A stretch of DNA of 64,000 nt, taken from assembly GCA_030141605.1 (NCBI GenBank), contig JAQGDQ010000031.1, positions 372,001 through 436,000 on the forward strand, written 5' to 3'. The notes under the pieces were generated by a model. The model ran no database searches and was not told the origin of the DNA. It was given only the letters and a program-made list of their open reading frames with translations. The position numbers were made by a program, and so were the translations under genes. Of the stretch, positions 63,818 to 64,000 are shown piece after piece (position 1 is the stretch's first letter; every line of letters begins with the position of its first letter). The DNA is from Tubiluchus corallicola. Taxonomy: Eukaryota > Animalia > Priapulida.

Positions 63818-64000
63818 CTATAATAAAGCAACGATATCTGAATAAATCTTCATTAATGTTCAACTGTAAATATTCAGTAACTTGAATGAAAATGCTGCAA
63901 AAACAGGTCAAAGTTGCCAGGCAATCATTTACTGTTGCCAGGTAACTTAACTAAATGGAAAGGATAGTTTTGTCATGTTGCCATTTGTTCTTAAAACTAC

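Overview
AT-rich, intron-rich animal genomic DNA, probably an invertebrate (lophotrochozoan-like repeats and gene styles; this is inference). By splicing GT-AG exons by hand and checking phase I recover six protein-coding genes. (1) A minus-strand TRPM-family cation channel, at least 17 phase-consistent exons from 24539 that run off the left edge. (2) A complete 8-exon, 308-aa 2-oxoglutarate/Fe(II) oxygenase (IPNS/DIOX_N type) nested on the opposite strand inside one 8.8-kb TRPM intron. (3) An alpha-tubulin N-acetyltransferase (ATAT1/MEC-17) with an intronless CDS. (4) A 20-exon minus-strand TRIM37 that appears to lack an in-frame AUG and may start at a CUG. (5) RPS10, with a GC-AG intron. (6) The 3' (ligand-binding-domain) half of a divergent NR1-type nuclear receptor running off the right edge. 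Introns and spacers carry degenerate CR1/L2/RTE LINE fragments, several hAT-like MITEs, a Harbinger derivative with a Myb/SANT remnant, a TTAGGG-containing element, minisatellites (two of which copy TRPM splice sites) and microsatellites. No rRNA, intact tRNA or CRISPR array was found. Coordinates were read by eye; repeat boundaries are approximate.
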